NCBI RefSeq assembly: GCF_018977255.1
Contig: NW_024704743.1
Location: 108,998,001 to 109,062,000, forward strand
Source of the DNA: Callorhinchus milii
Taxonomy: Eukaryota
DNA: 64,000 nt
Reading direction: 5' to 3'
Shown here: positions 1 through 14,095 of the stretch, piece by piece
How the letters are laid out: each line of letters opens with the position of its first letter
Position numbering within the stretch: position 1 is the first letter of the stretch
Notes under the pieces: model-generated
What the model saw: the letters and a program-made list of their open reading frames with translations, nothing else
Told to the model about the DNA's origin: nothing
The model's database searches: none
Translations under genes and position numbers: made by a program

Positions 1-2509
1 GCTCTTCAACTCATTTTTATCTTGTTCTTCCAGAATACTAAGCCTGCAAAAAAACATCAAGTGGTTTTGTAAGAGTCCAGTAACCTGACCTCAACAACCC
101 TCCCCCATAACCAGTTTGAACTGTTAATTACCCATTGCACATATATACATTTCCTAGTGTGTCCTAAAGCTTCCTTCACAACCCAGAACCTGTGACCTCG
201 TTCCTCTTCCTATGCTGAATGGAATCTGAAATACTTTTTATATTCCATTCAGCATATTTCTACCTCTGTAAAATCTTCACTGAATAAGGGTGTTTCAAAG
301 CTAAAAAGCTCAAACCATTCCTTACAGCCAAACTAAACAACTTTGCTTTCAATATACTTAATACTGCAGTAAACAAGTTAATCTCAAAATTTGAGTAGCT
401 TGTGCTAGTCCTTTGTTCCTCTAAACTTTCCTCTTATTCCTGCTGAACTCCAAATACATCACCTAAACTCCAAGGCCAAACTCACTGTACAATTTTCTCT
501 ATCCAATTGCTTTTTTCCATAGCTTTCAAACATACAGATCTCTTTCACTCCCTCTTAGAAGGTACAGGCCTTCGAAATCACCTGATCGTTCACCAAAATT
601 TAGCCTCTCTCATTGCTTGAAACCTTGGTCATGTTCTGCAACAAGGCCTTTGGCCCTTTACCAAGGTTTCAAGAGTTTTTTTTACAAAAATTTAAATTCA
701 AATAAACCACGTCAGCGACTATAATTAACTTTCACCTGTTGGGAATTGGTGGCCAAATTAAATCTATATCTACAGCCGGCAGCTCCCCACAGAGGACTAG
801 ACTGTGAGCATTAAGTCTCAACATGCAGCTTTAACCTACAACCTTCTGCCCCAGAAGAGGCAGGAGTGCTATTTTAACTGAGCCAAACTATAGTTGAAAT
901 TCAGCACCACCCCCCCTCTCCCCTCACCTATGAAATGACAAATTACACTCATAGGATCCTCAGTGAATGAAGAGTCAGCCCACAACCTTGCAGCTTTATT
1001 TTCTTTCGAACTCCACAATCTAGCAGTTGAACCTCCCGTTCATACCTTCATCACCCTTGATTTCTCAAACATTTTCTTCGCTAGGTTCCCTTATTCCATC
1101 CCTATAATGTCCAGCTCCAACAGAATTCCACACTCTCATCCTCTTCAATACTTGGCTGTACATTCCCAACACCAATTCAGACTCCCTTGGCTCTGTGTGC
1201 CACTAGAACCCAAAAGTCTTGTTCAGACTTTCATTAAATTTTAAATCATCCCTCTGCTACAATCTGCTCCAGGGTTACTCTCCCACTGTGCCAACCTGCA
1301 AACTAAGGCATGCCTCATGTCCTCCGCCACCAATCCATGGCGAATTTTCAGTCACTATACCCATGTTGCCTCGAAACTGACCGTCCCCTAAATATCTTTG
1401 CCTAACATTTTAAAAAAATATGCCCCCACCCAACCAGACATTAAATTTTTTTTTAAATCCTACCTCCTCTGAGCTTTCAGTCATCTTCCACCTACCCGCC
1501 CCTCCCCCACCCCACTCGGTGATCCACTCTGTGCCTGAAAAGCATTTCAAGACGTTTTCCTGGGTAAAAGGCACGACACAAACATGGGTTGTTGTTGTTC
1601 AAATATTCATGCACCTTCATTCTAGAACGAGAAGGTTTCACAATCCAAATTCCAAAATATTTCAATTAGTTGGCAGAAATTTTATTTTTGGACTTCTGAA
1701 ATAATTTACGTGTTGAAATGACGAGTGCATAATTTCCACGCTTTACTACTTACAAATACTTGCGTTTATATATCGCCCTTCAAACGGGTAGCATCTCTTT
1801 AGCGTCATGTTGGCTGGACAATTTTAACATTTATTGAAGATGCACAAGCTTTATAATACACCCAAAGAATATTTCACACCATAAGTCAGAAGCTGCATTT
1901 CGCCCTCAAAATCTAGTCAATTCACTTTGCGGTATATTCTATTAAGCACTTGAGACATCTCAAAACATGATAAGGACTGTATCAAATGCAAGGATTATTA
2001 TTATTAAGAACTTGCTTTTCTGTACTGTCATATCAAAACTGCTCGAAGGTCTTCATAATCAGTCTAATGTGAGGGTTTTTTGAAAACAAACAGTCACTAT
2101 TTGCATGGAAAGTCACCCATGAGATGAATAACCAATTAACCTGGAGGATTATTGATTAGGGCACTGGGAAAAATCATGTACTCATAAAGGCAGAGTAGAT
2201 TTTGCTTTTAACATCAATCCAAATGAGCACCAGCAACAATAGCATAATTCCCCTATTACTATCCAGAGTGTTAAACAATGGTTTGAAATCCAATTGAATT
2301 GAAACACAACCTAATAACCCTACCAACAGAGTCAAACTGCCAAAAAGCCATTTTGAATAACGAAACGAATAATTAAACACTGAAAACTACTAGATTACTG
2401 GATGTAATCCTAAATCACAATGCAAGAAATGCATACAAGTTCTAACTCTTCCATGGTTTAATTGCTGAAGCCATTTCCCAGTATGAAATTGAGCCATAGA
2501 GAAATAAGA

Positions 2510-2755
2510 CCAAGGGTCGATGCTGAGATGCAAGATTGTGCAGCATTGGAGGAATTGCAATTAGCCTCTGTACATCCGCGCTGGTCAGGTGGGGAGGGGA
2601 TTAGTCAAGGTTTCTGCCCCTTATTGCTATCCAATGACCCCGCTAGAAAACACATATGAATAGTAGCTAAGAATAGGACAGGTTCAACTGTATTCCCCCA
2701 AAGTTCCTGACACTTGCTTACTGTTTAGATTTATAAAGAAAGGCCACTTTGGAAT
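2510..2755 (+). repeat. Ancient unclassified SINE-like family. Other copies at ~19030-19240, 35720-35950, 48975-49100(-) and 53520-53620(-)
   Basis: Recurrent degenerate blocks CTGAGTTAGCTGATCTCAGCC, ATTGCTATCCAATGACCCCGCTAGAAAA and AGGACAGG..CTAGGCTCACA. Confidence 0.55.
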
Positions 2756-4437
2756 CTACACATATTTCTCAAGTGAGAAATTAAGCACATAGGCAGCAAT
2801 TTTAGCTGCCACTTTCCTTTTTCATACAAGCTTTAGCATAAAATTGCAACATCTACGAAACTGCCGCACATGCATACGATATTATATAAAATCTTCTCGT
2901 ACAACGCACAATCAGGTCAAATATAAAGAGCAGCTACCAGAGAACAGGTACGTTTGCAGCCAATTTAATAGCCAATCCATTAAAATGTTTAAGGACAGAA
3001 AAACATGCAAGCCAAAGGGTCAATTTATCAGTACATTTGTAATTTCACCGTTTAGTTTATTGGATGTACTGGCACAGGCTGGAGGCAAAATCCTCAATGA
3101 CTAGATCCGTGACACAGGGACCCCAGGATTTGAGTCCCAATTAGTGGAATGTCAGCTTTCAATGAACTCTGGAAGATAGTATCTGGCTTTCCATCAGTAG
3201 AAAACCGCAAGCGAGATCCAAATTCACAGACCCAACATTATGGAAGTAGCCAATGAGAAACTTGTTGGGGGTTGGTCTCTAGCACATCCAGGTAAATTCA
3301 GTGATAAATATCAAATGTGCTACTAAACTGATCCCATTGTTTGAAATACAAAGAATTAACAAGGGTACAACAAATCTACTATGGTTATAAAGGGGGAGGG
3401 GGAAAGAGAGAAATATAAATCAGAAGACTGGATCGGATCAGTACAAAATACACACCACAAAAAAAACACTTAAATTAATGATCATTAAACACTTAAAATT
3501 TGATCCTGGCCAACAGAAACTGTATCACTACCGTGACCAATTGAAACAGCTGTTGTTAACATATTACAATGCAACATCAAAATGCAACAAACTAAAATAC
3601 ACATTGAAATACATCAGTGACTCATTTTACACTTTCAAGTTGTTTATTCACCACCTTTTGAAGGGGTATTTTATAAAACAAAGTGCATACACACATCTAC
3701 AATAGTACCTCCAGGAAGCATTCTCCCCAAGCAGATGAAGGGATCCAAAGATTAGAGGAGTTTGTGAAGGTCTATAAAAAAAATAAAAAAAAGTAGGTAG
3801 TACAGACATCTGTTAAAATTGTCCTCAATTTTCCTTTTTTCAAAAGAAAAACTCAGGTTTGTACACAGCCATCATGAGAACATTGGTGCAATCTCCAGTT
3901 AACCTCAAGAAATGTCTAGTAACGTGCTCATGATGCACAACAATTTGGACAGCGCCACCACTGAAAAACAGTTTGGACTGCTCAAGACACACCTCTCAAC
4001 CAACTACAGCAGTAGGACAATACTGGGCCTTTAACCTTCAACTATCCACGATGCTACCCACCTGCAAATTCTACATGAATCATCAGCCGTTAAGTTCATC
4101 TAAATTTGTCACAGCGCTTCTGAACAATTAAAAACAGCCCTGATCAACACGATCTTGAAAAAGGCCGAGTTGTTCAGAATTCAGAGGAGGAGTACAGCTC
4201 TCAGATCTAAAGTGTGTAGCATCTCTGTCAAGCATTCCAGAATTCCAGTTTTAAATCTTACAAATGAAACTTCTAAAAAAAATCCTTAGCAAAATTATTT
4301 CAGTTTAGTTTAACAGAACAAATTTCAGTGAGGGCTTTTCGGAAACTATGTCATTTCTGGCTTACAAAACATGTCTTATTAGGATAGAAGTGACCAGCAC
4401 TTTTCTTTTCCACCACGCTGGAGGGAATAAAAAAAAA

Positions 4438-4802
4438 CCTTACATTTGATATATAGCTTTCCACATCTTCCACACGTCTCAAAGCGCTTCACAGGATATA
4501 CTATAAAGTGAATTGACTGTTTTATGCATATTTTGTGGGTGAAACTCGGCAGCCAATTGTGCACATCAGTGTCCCATAAACAGTCGTGGGATTGAGTGAC
4601 CAAATTATTATTGTGTTTTCTTTGAGGGATTATTATCCCCAGAAAAGCAATCCGCCAATCGACTAATAACCGGGTTCCAACTTACCGCTAGGTAAACAGG
4701 CGTGAGGAGTAAGGAAACTTGCCCAACATTTTGCTCTGCCGGGAATCAAACCCAGGTCTCTCGCTTGTGTGGCGAGTGCTCTAACCTGAGCTACAGGACT
4801 CC
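4438..4802 (-). mobile_element. tRNA-derived SINE, long form, full length
   Basis: Reverse of GGAGTCCTGTAGCTCAG..TTAGAGCACTCGCC..GGTTTGATTCCCGGCAG (A/B boxes), body and L2-like tail. Confidence 0.9.
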
Positions 4803-5944
4803 ATGAATACAATGAGGGCCTCTGTACCCTTGTTAACTTTTGTTCAAAGGGAAATTTTGCATTTGCCTTTGTTCAGTTGTAAAAGAAAAAAATAAGTTGG
4901 GGTTATTTCAAAGAATCTGGTTTATTTCAAAGAAAAGTTAAGTTGCCATAATCTAGCAATTAAGATAGCCCTAATAAATCCTTTTGTTGTATAAGTAATG
5001 TACATTCGTTGTACAATTTTTTTAAAAAAAGTCTACAATAGTACCTAAAAATGTAGCGACAGCAAGTCTTATGTGGAATTTGGTTTAACCATACTCCGCT
5101 AAACTCACAAACACTAAATGAACACAGCCTCAGTGTTTCCCAATTGATATTCATCTAAATAGGATAAATCAGAGGCCAGTAAATAAATCCCGTCAACAGG
5201 AGAGCTTTCAGTGAAGTTTGGTAATTTTGTGAAAATAATTTTAAACGAATTAGATAGCTTTTGATCAACAGAAGATCAATGAATTTGCACCGTTTACTTG
5301 AGTCACTTTCACTTCAAACAAGTTCTCTTCTATCAAGTAGCTCATGAATCTTCCATCCAGCAGCTTTGTAACACTGAAACTGTATAATCACAACACTCTT
5401 GAGCTTTAAGGCTGAATTAATTGAAATAATAGATACCACTCAATGATTAAGTCATAATCTAATAGGGGGCTTGATGACAAAAGTACTCAATGCACATTCA
5501 TGGTTTGCAATGTCATCTGAATTGCAGGATTTAATTACTGCATTCCCGCATCAGGTTTGAGTTATTGAGAATCATTTTACATATGAATTTCCTTAATCCT
5601 CATTGTACCAGTGTTCCTATATTTTCATTTGAAAATGCTACACATCAATAATTCTGAATGGATTTTAAATACCTTGCTGTCAGGCTTGCATTTTAAACCA
5701 TAAAGTCACACAAAAAAAATTGGCACCACTGAAAATGATATCCTGCATCAAACAAGAACCTGCAATTAAAAGAATGGAAGAAGCGCTTTTAAATGGCTTC
5801 CTGTCTAAATCACAATTATTCACAATATCTGATTCTACTCTTGTGGTCCAAGTAGCTGCTTACAGCTACATCAATGTTAACTCAACATTTAAAAACCTAG
5901 TGCTTGTCTCAACACTTCTCAATCTTTTGTCCAATACATTTGAG

Positions 5945-6150
5945 CTTCGCAAGCTGCTCCTCAGAGCTCCACAACAATCACTTTGAAAGCAAAGTACCCC
6001 CAAACTGCACACAATATTCCAAATGTGGTCTCAACAGTGGTCTGCACAAGGTTAAAGTAACTTATTTTGACTGTTAATCAAATGCCTTGAAGATCCAACC
6101 CACTATTCCATTAAATTTGTTGATTGCAGCAGCTTCACTGACAACCTTTA
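5945..6150 (-). mobile_element. CR1 RT fragment. Further CR1 relics at ~6500-6670, 10660-10745, 14180-14560, 28145-28390, 33700-33900, 51580-51730, 52628-52770, 53370-53450 and 62590-62700
   Basis: CCAAACTGCACACAATATTCCAAATGTGGTCTCAAC is the reverse of RPHLEYCVQFW, a CR1 hallmark. Confidence 0.75.
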
Positions 6151-7029
6151 ATAACTGCATAAATCACACAAATTTGTGTTTATTTCCACTTCTGCTAATG
6201 GACACCACTTTATTATGCACATGTGTTCACAGCATCTTGTTAAACATGCTGCCACGTTTCTCTCACAAATATACAGTCAATTCACTTTACAGTACATTCG
6301 GTGAAGTGCTTTGAGACATCTAGCAGACATGAAAAGCGCAATATCAAATGCAAGGATTATTATTATGAACATTCATTACCTTAAATTTACCCACAAGAAC
6401 ATCTGCCGCATTGCTCTACATCTTCGGAATGCCTCTTATTGTGTGACTTTAAGGTACGTGACTATGCAGCTATCAAAAAACCTCAAATTATAAGTAATGC
6501 TCAATACTAAGTCAATAAGTTTTTTTTCTTGAAACCTTTGAAGTTACTTGTTCCACCACCTTCCTGGTTGTTAGTTCCACAAACCTATCAATCTTTTATA
6601 AAGGCATTTCTCCTGGATCGTCCATTTGCTTTTTTGGTCTTTCTTTTGAATCGATCTCTCTTATTTTTGAATTTTCTTAAAAAAATAATAAATTAGCCAC
6701 TCAATCCACGACTGTTTGTGGGACAAAGCTGTGCGCAATTGGCTGCCGAATTTTGCCCACAAAATATGCACAAAACAGTCAATTCACTTTACAGTAGTCT
6801 GTGAAGCTCTTTGAGACATCTCGAAGAAGTGATAAGGCGCTATATCAAATGCAAGGATTATTATTATGATTATTATTATTGTTATAATTGTAAGGTGGTA
6901 AAAGCAAGAGTTCTGGAACCAACTGTTATAGAAAAATGTTGCTCACTTCTTTAAAGACTGTTGCAGTGTCTTTGCCCACCCTAACTCTGATCTAAACCCT
7001 ACCCTCCGCCAATTCAATTTGCTTGGCGG

Positions 7030-7299
7030 GCACCTGCCTGCTTCACATCCCCCGCCCTTCCCATCCCACCATCAGTGGTCAGGTCTATAGCCTTTCTGTT
7101 CCCAATCTCTGGAACTCCATCCCGGATCCCTTTGCCTCGCCCCCTCCTTTACCTCCTTCTGGGGTTATCTTCCCAAGTCTTGGCCTCCACCACTACCGAA
7201 TCCAACCCCAAATCGGGAGCAAATCCTCAACTGTCCAGTGCCATGGAACATCCTTCCGACGTGAAAGTGCTATATAAATGCAATTTGTTGTTGTTGTTG
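7030..7299 (+). mobile_element. L2 LINE 3' fragment
   Basis: CTCTGGAACTCCATCCC (LWNSIP), 3' stem-loop ..GACGTGAAAGTGCTATATAAATG and (TTG)n tail. Confidence 0.8.
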
Positions 7300-8064
7300 A
7301 AGGCCTCATAAGTGCAGGGTGATCATAAGAAAATCCAAGTGCAGAGCAACAACATTAAAACAAGTACCAATTTACCATGGATTTGTAAATCTGTGTTATA
7401 CCGGAAGAGCAATACACCCAAAAAGGTACTGTGTAGAAGGGTCATTGACGTGAGTTTGCAAAGGGACATCTGCTGCCCTTGTGCCTTTTATGGCGACTTG
7501 CCAACTCAGAATAAATAACAAATGTGAAATAATCCTAAAATAGGGGAAAGGAAGCGGGCTAAAATTATGGACCCTGTCTACCACGTTTAACAAGTTTGTC
7601 CTGTAAATATTCACTAAAAAGCTCTAAGTTTAGATATTTCCTAACGGACAGGGTTTGTGAATCTCGGTCCATTACTCTGAAATCCATGTCAAACGTTTAC
7701 TTATAGGATTGGTGTTCTTCAGAGCATTAATACCATTAATGGACAGAAATCCTTTCAAACATTTTTTCTACAACAGAGTAGGTTAGTGGAGCTGTAATCT
7801 GCTGCCGGCTGAATATCAGGTGAACATTTGGTGTTGAAGGCGACAAGATCAAGGAATTTCAGGAGGCAAAAGGAGCAGGTGGAGAATGGCACTGATGGGC
7901 TCTGACTAAGGGCAGTCTTAGTGCTGTGGGAGGGGTGGGTAGAGACTAACTGTATCGGAAGGGTTTGAGGTGGTAGGAGAAGAAGGAAGGAAACGACTCA
8001 TTGCAATATGTAGGAAGAGGAAGGGCAGATTAGAAATGGGTCAGCAGTCAAATTTATTTTGGTC

Positions 8065-8390
8065 AGCCATGTATCTGACACATGCAGAAACCCATCCCCA
8101 TGCTTAAGAGTATCCAAACCAAATTCAGAATTCCATGCATTCCACCTACATGTGGAAATTCCAGAGATGGAGGGACGCATCCTGCGTACCTAATTCTGGA
8201 AGGTATTAGGCACAGGTTGGCAAGAGCCAAGCCTTGGGGACTCCAGAGTGTGCACTGGGGTACTGCTGGAGTCTAAGCAGCTAAAACCGCATAGCTTGCC
8301 ATTGATATCACTGTCTGGCAAGCTTTCCCACTGGTTGTCCAGCTAGTACCACCCAACCGGTTAGGGCTTTGGCTTGCAGGGTTAACAGGA
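8065..8390 (+). repeat. Unclassified interspersed repeat, copy 1
   Basis: Aligns with the reverse complement of 26275-26525. Confidence 0.8.
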
Positions 8391-9024
8391 GCTGCGAATG
8401 ATAAGGGGAGCGGTTTTGATAAGGGGATGAGAGAGGGAGAGGTTGCAGAGCGATGGGAGTATCCACAACACACAGTCTGGCCTAGAGATTTTCTCCACAA
8501 CCTTTTCAAGAAGATTTTAATACATGGTTCGCATTTGACGACCACTCACATAAGTAACCTTTAAGGACTATTAACAGTAGAACAAGCCTTTAAAAGGTTA
8601 ATATAACAGTAGTACTAGGTAGATTAGTGAATGATAATCTTATTGGTTAGGAGAGCAACCATCAAAGGAATACTTCTGGATAGTGCATACAATGGCTATA
8701 ACCACAAGCCTTTTTAAACAAAATACCTCCAACCCCAATGCTTCATTGTTAAGTGCCTTATCCTAGATCAGACATTTAATACATGGAATGAGTTCAAACA
8801 AAAACATGCTTTGTGAAGACTTAAAAGCAGGAACACTATTTAAACAAGGAACACCCTGTAGTTAATGAAAGTCAAAATGAACATTAAGACTGTTTTATCG
8901 TTTTTTTTCAAAAAAAAACTTTCAGATTAAAGAATCCCCAAAGTGCCCTGTAATTTAATCAAGTCTCCAATATGGCAAAAAAAATTATGAGTTATTGAAT
9001 GTCTTGAGTCTTTCAAGGCACGGT

Positions 9025-9432
9025 TTAAAACTTTTCTTCGTCTGGAGATTAAACAATTGAGAAGAGACTTGATAGGGCATTTAAAATTCTGAAAAGGGTT
9101 CAATAAGATGAACATATATAGGCTATTTACACTTGTTGGTGAGTCCAAACAAGGGAGTAGAAATACAAAATAGCCATTCGGAGATCTAAATGTTTAGCAG
9201 GAACTTCTTTACACAGAGAGTGCTGAGAATATGGAACTAACTGCCGGAGCTGTGGTTGATGCAGAAAGATTAACCTATCTAAGTGGAAACCTGAGAGAAG
9301 AAACATAGGAGAAAAGGGAATAGGCAGAGGGATTAGGAGGGGTGGAGGCCCATGGAGTACAAACACACACACAGATCATTCTGGTCAAATGGCCCATTTC
9401 CATGCTGCACAGTGAATATAATTCTATGTAAT
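9025..9432 (+). mobile_element. CR1 LINE 3' end
   Basis: Degenerate RLRGDLI..FKI..FFTQRV..WN.LP coding remnant, ending in ATTCTATG. Confidence 0.85.
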
Positions 9433-11717
9433 TGATAGTTCAAATAATCACTCCTTTTGATATCTTGTCTTACATGGCAGGACGATGTCTCAAAGTACTT
9501 CACAGGATTTACTGTAAGCATGAATAACTGAATAGTTTGTAGACAAACACAACAGCTAATTTCCACAGAACAATGTCCCACAAACAATCATGAAGTGAAT
9601 GATTGATTTTACCTCATGCACAGTTGGCCAGGACACTGAATGAAACTCTCTTTTCTCGCACGTCATGGGATTAGTGCCTCATAGTGATTCATCGCAGTGT
9701 GGCCGGGACTTTACATTTAAGATTATACCTTATAAAAGATCTACTACAACAAGAACTTCCATTTATATAGCGCCCCTCACTCAGGGCAGTGTCCAAGAGC
9801 GCTTGACAGTGGCGGAGCACGACACTGAGCCAGGGGTAAGTGAAGCACAATCAAACAATCTAGTTTTTAATCACATCAGTAGATGTCTATATGTACAAAA
9901 TTAAACTCCACAATTCTAAGACCATGCAAAAACATATCATTAGAGGTCAGTACAGCAACAACCTCCTTTATGTAACAAAATTGTTTCACAGATGTACCAA
10001 AAAGCATATTTAATTGGTGACAAACCACAAAAATGTAAAAAAAATACAATTGCATGTGAGAAACTTTTCAGACAAAGGACATGTTCTTGTTCTGCAACAT
10101 TTCTAAAAGAGGGATTTAAAAAACTTTGAGTTCTAAGATGGTTCTGTGTTTGGGCACCCACTGAAGTGAAATGAAGCCACTCCCTTCGTGTAACCAACAT
10201 CAAGGGGGAAGAAAGAGGACGAGAAGAGGGTGAAAGAGGGAGGAGACCTAAATGACAATGCAATATTTGGAAACCTGGAACATTTAAACTTGTAACTGCT
10301 AAGACTAGTTTTGACAACAAATTTTGATAGGAGTGTACCTAATACAGTAAGTCCTCCCATTTTTTATAAAAGTAGGCGATTAGTTGCAGCTTAGACAAGC
10401 AGCAGCAGCTCAAGCTCCAAGCCTCCAACTGGTGGAACCATCATTGAATGGATAGGAATGTATAGTCTGAGCTATAAGCAGGATAGTGGCAACGCTCTCA
10501 TACATTTCATGCTGAGCTTTGCTGCTCACCAAGAAGTTTGCTGGGAGTTGTCTTGCATCCGCCTTCAACTTGTGAGGAGACTTTAACAGGATAGCTTGAG
10601 ACATGCCAGTCACCTTGAGGTTCGAGTTCAATGAGTGAAGAAACAGGAGAAGGGAATAGGCGGAGGGATTTGGGGGAGTAGAGGCGCAGAAAGTATAAAC
10701 ACCCACACACATCATACTAGTCAAATGACCCATTTCCATGTTATACAGCTTTACTCAACCATTTGAAAAGGGAAGATAGTTTCTCCCAGTGTCCTGGCCA
10801 ATAATCCCTCAGTTAAAATGCCACGTTCGCCCCCAAAACACAGTCACTACACTTTAGAATGTATTCTGTGAAGCAATTTGAGATATCCGTCCAACGTAAC
10901 AGCCACTATATCATACGTTTAAAAAAACGTTGATTGCTCAGTCCAGGATCTCATCTGAGGGTTTTTGGAAAACAGATGCGTTTGCTGTGAAACGGACTCC
11001 GTTGCCAAGGTATCAGCAACAAATCAGTCTAGGCCAGAGACCTCCTTCTTTGCAGCCATTTCCCCCTTTTTTAAAAAAACACTTGTGGACTTCACAAGTA
11101 GACTGAAAGAAACGCCTTCACCACATGACCAGGAGCTTGTAACCACTGTTCCTGCTAAGATGCGGACCCGTGCAGCAGTCTGTTGTGTGCCGTGCACTTA
11201 ATCATTCCACCCGCTCACCTTATAAAAAGTTCAGCTGAATAAATACATCATTAGAATAAATATAATTATGTTGCAATTGTCCATTATTTTGTGCATTTGT
11301 TCTGTTTGTTATATACGCTGAATAATGTTTTTCCAAAAAGATGTTCTATTCAAAGGTTTGACCTATTTATTTTATAGCGGCTCACACAGCCTTTATGTGG
11401 GTGCACAAGCCCAAATTCATTCCTCGCATGGCCGAAACAAATTAAGAGGAAATGTAGCTTGTAACCATTTGTTGACATATACGTTTTATACGCCATAAGC
11501 TTAACTTGCATTGGGACCTTGCTGTTATTGAAGACAGACTGGAACAAAGCAGAGTAAACTTCACCCTCTCACCACAGTCCCAAAGGAGAGTTCAAACATC
11601 ACAACTCTCAGGTACAACTACACATCAACAACTGGTACCAGATGCTTCTTGTATCTTTCAATCCATACCTTCAAGGTCCTGTCCCGAGCCATAATACCAC
11701 ACTTGGGGACACCCACC

Positions 11718-12563
11718 ATCTCAATGTCAGCAAGACCAAGGGCCCCTTGATTGGCTCGCGCTAACGCCTCCACACCTCAGGCGCTGGCAGCATCGGCCTC
11801 CATGGCTGCACACTCAACCTCACTAAGCCAGTCAGGAACCTGCGTGTCTTGTCTGACCCTGAACTGTCCTTTCTCCCCCACATCCGTGCCTTGACCAGCT
11901 CTGCCTACCACCACCTCCACAAGATTGCCAGACTCCGCCACTGCCTCACCTCTCAGGCTGCTGAAACCCTCACCCATGCATTCGTCACCTCAAGGCTTGA
12001 TTAAGGGAACTCTCTCCTCATCGGCCTTCCCAACTCTTCCCTTCACAAGTTGCAGATCATCCAAAGCTCTGCAGCTCGTGTACTCTCACGCACCAAGCTC
12101 CGCGACACCATCACTCTCACCCTCGCCCGACTTCACTGGCTCCCCATCCCCCAGAGGATCAAGTTCAAGATCCTCGTCCTCACCTTTAAGGCCATCCATG
12201 GCCTTGCCCCCTCCTACCTCTCTGACCTGCTGACTCCCTACCAACCTGCCCGCTCCCTCCATTCATCGAGCTCCGGCCTACTCCATGTTTCCTGCCCTAC
12301 CATCGGTGGCCGGGCTTTCAGCCTCTCTGCCCCCACACTCTGGAACTCCATCCCGCCGACCCTTCGCCTCGCTTCCTCCCTTGCCTCCTTCAAGGCCGGT
12401 CTCAAGACCCTTCTCTTCGACCGGGCCTTTGGTCTCCCTCCCACCTCTCCCGACACCACCCCTCCCCCATGCTCTGGCCACGACACCTGACTGTTCAGCG
12501 CTTTGGGACGTCCTCCCGACGTGAAAGGCGCTCTATAAATGTAATTTTGTTGTTGTTGTTGTT
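11718..12563 (+). mobile_element. L2 LINE 5'-truncated copy
   Basis: ORF 12050-12490 contains [52 protein letters not shown]. Tail stem-loop and (TTG)n. Confidence 0.95.
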
Positions 12564-12879
12564 ATCCTCTCTGAGTGCAAGTGCACCACACTAAACTCTC
12601 AATGGGTCAATCCACAACATCACCTTTATGATCCATCTGGTCTGTCCTTGAGTAATACAGTAAGAATTCTACCCTAGATTTCTCATATACACCTCAATTT
12701 AATTCTACACCAAATAACAAACAACTTGAATTTATATAACGCCCATCACTCACGGAAGCATCTGAACGTTTACTCAGCTCATCACCTGGTAATTTGCTTT
12801 TACGATCTGCTTCACTGGATAACACACCCAAACATCCTAACTACTCCGCAAAATATTCGATGTTGAACAATGTTTTCAC

Positions 12880-14095
12880 CATAAAACAAAAACAGAGAGA
12901 ACTGGGAAAATTCAGCAGGTCAGACAGCATCTATGGAGAAAGGAAAGTGAGTCAATGTTTCGGGTCCACGAACCTTCGTCAGAACTGGGGCATGTTGGGA
13001 GGGAGAGGTTTTTAGAACAAGTTGAGAGGGGGAGGCAGGACAAGGAAGACAAAAAGGACAAAGTAGAGAATGTGTTAATTGATGGGTTAACTCTTCTAGT
13101 AACATAAAGAGGGGGAGGGGGGAAGGCGAGCTGTTATGGTCTGAAGTGGCTGAAATTGATATTGAGGCCAGAGGGCTGTAGGGTCCCTAGCAGATAGATA
13201 AGATAGATAAGATGCTGTTCCTCAAGCTTTCACTGTGGATCACTGTAACAGCGTAGGAGACCATGGATGGAGAGGTCAGACTGTGAATAGGAGTGTGAGT
13301 TAAAATGGCAGGAGACCAGAAGATCAGGGTTGACCTTGTGTACAGAACGGAGGGGTTCTGCAAATTGGTCACCCAATCTGCGCTTAGTCCCCCCAATATG
13401 GAGAGACTACACCGTGAGCAGCAGATACAGTATACTACATTGGTGGTAGTACATGTAAAGTGTGTTTGGGACTTTGGATAGTGGTCTGGCAGGAGGTGAA
13501 AGGGCAGGTATTACATCTGCTGCGCTGGCATGGGAAGGTGCCAGGGGAAGGAGAGCAGCTGGTAGTGCTGACAGCGGAATGAACTAAGGAATCCCGGAGG
13601 GAACGATCCCTTTGGAATGCAGAGAGGGGAAGGGAGGGAAATATGTATTTGGTTGATGAGTCACGCTGGAGGTGCAGGAAATGTCGGAGAATGATGTGCT
13701 GAATGTTGAGGCTGATGGGGTGGTAGGTGAGGACTAAGGGGACCCGATCTCGGTTTCGGGATAGGGGGGAAGTTGTGAGGGCAGAAGTGCGGGAAGTAGG
13801 GCGGACACAGTCAAGGGCCTTGGCTATTACTGTCGATGGGAATCCTCGGTCGAGGAAAAATGAGGACATTTCGGTTGCTCTGGTGTGAAAGGTTGCATTG
13901 TCAGAGCAGATGCGGCGGAAGTGGAGGAACTAGGAAAATGGGCTGGCGTCTTTGCAGGAGGCGGGGTGAGATGAGATATAATCAAGGTAGCTGTGGGAGT
14001 TGGTGGGCTTATAGAAAATGTCTGTGGATAGTCTGTTACCTGACGTGGAGATAGTGAAGTCGAGGAAGGGAAGGGTCAGAGATGGTCCATGTGAA
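12880..14095 (-). mobile_element. Penelope-like element fragment (RT C-terminus, GIY-YIG endonuclease, terminal repeat)
   Basis: ORF 13435-13869: FFLDRGFP..RVPLVLTYHP..RDRSLRDSLVHS..PCQRSRCNTC. It is followed by a degenerate VVYCICCSRC..HIGGTKRRLGDQFAE (GIY-YIG) and a terminal segment CTGACGA..GAAAC..AGATGCTGTCTGACCTGCTGA. Confidence 0.88.
12948..12988 (-). ncRNA. Degenerate minimal type I hammerhead ribozyme in the Penelope terminal repeat
   Basis: Minus strand: AGTT-CTGACGA-AGGTTC GTG GACCC-GAAA-CATTG-ACT. Contains the core boxes CUGANGA and GAAA with an imperfect stem II. Confidence 0.65.

Noticed and set aside
2174..2380. Hydrophobic ORF resembling the PDE7A2 alternative N-terminus
   Set aside because: It lies in a degenerate Deu-SINE copy, and I found no convincing identity or donor site.
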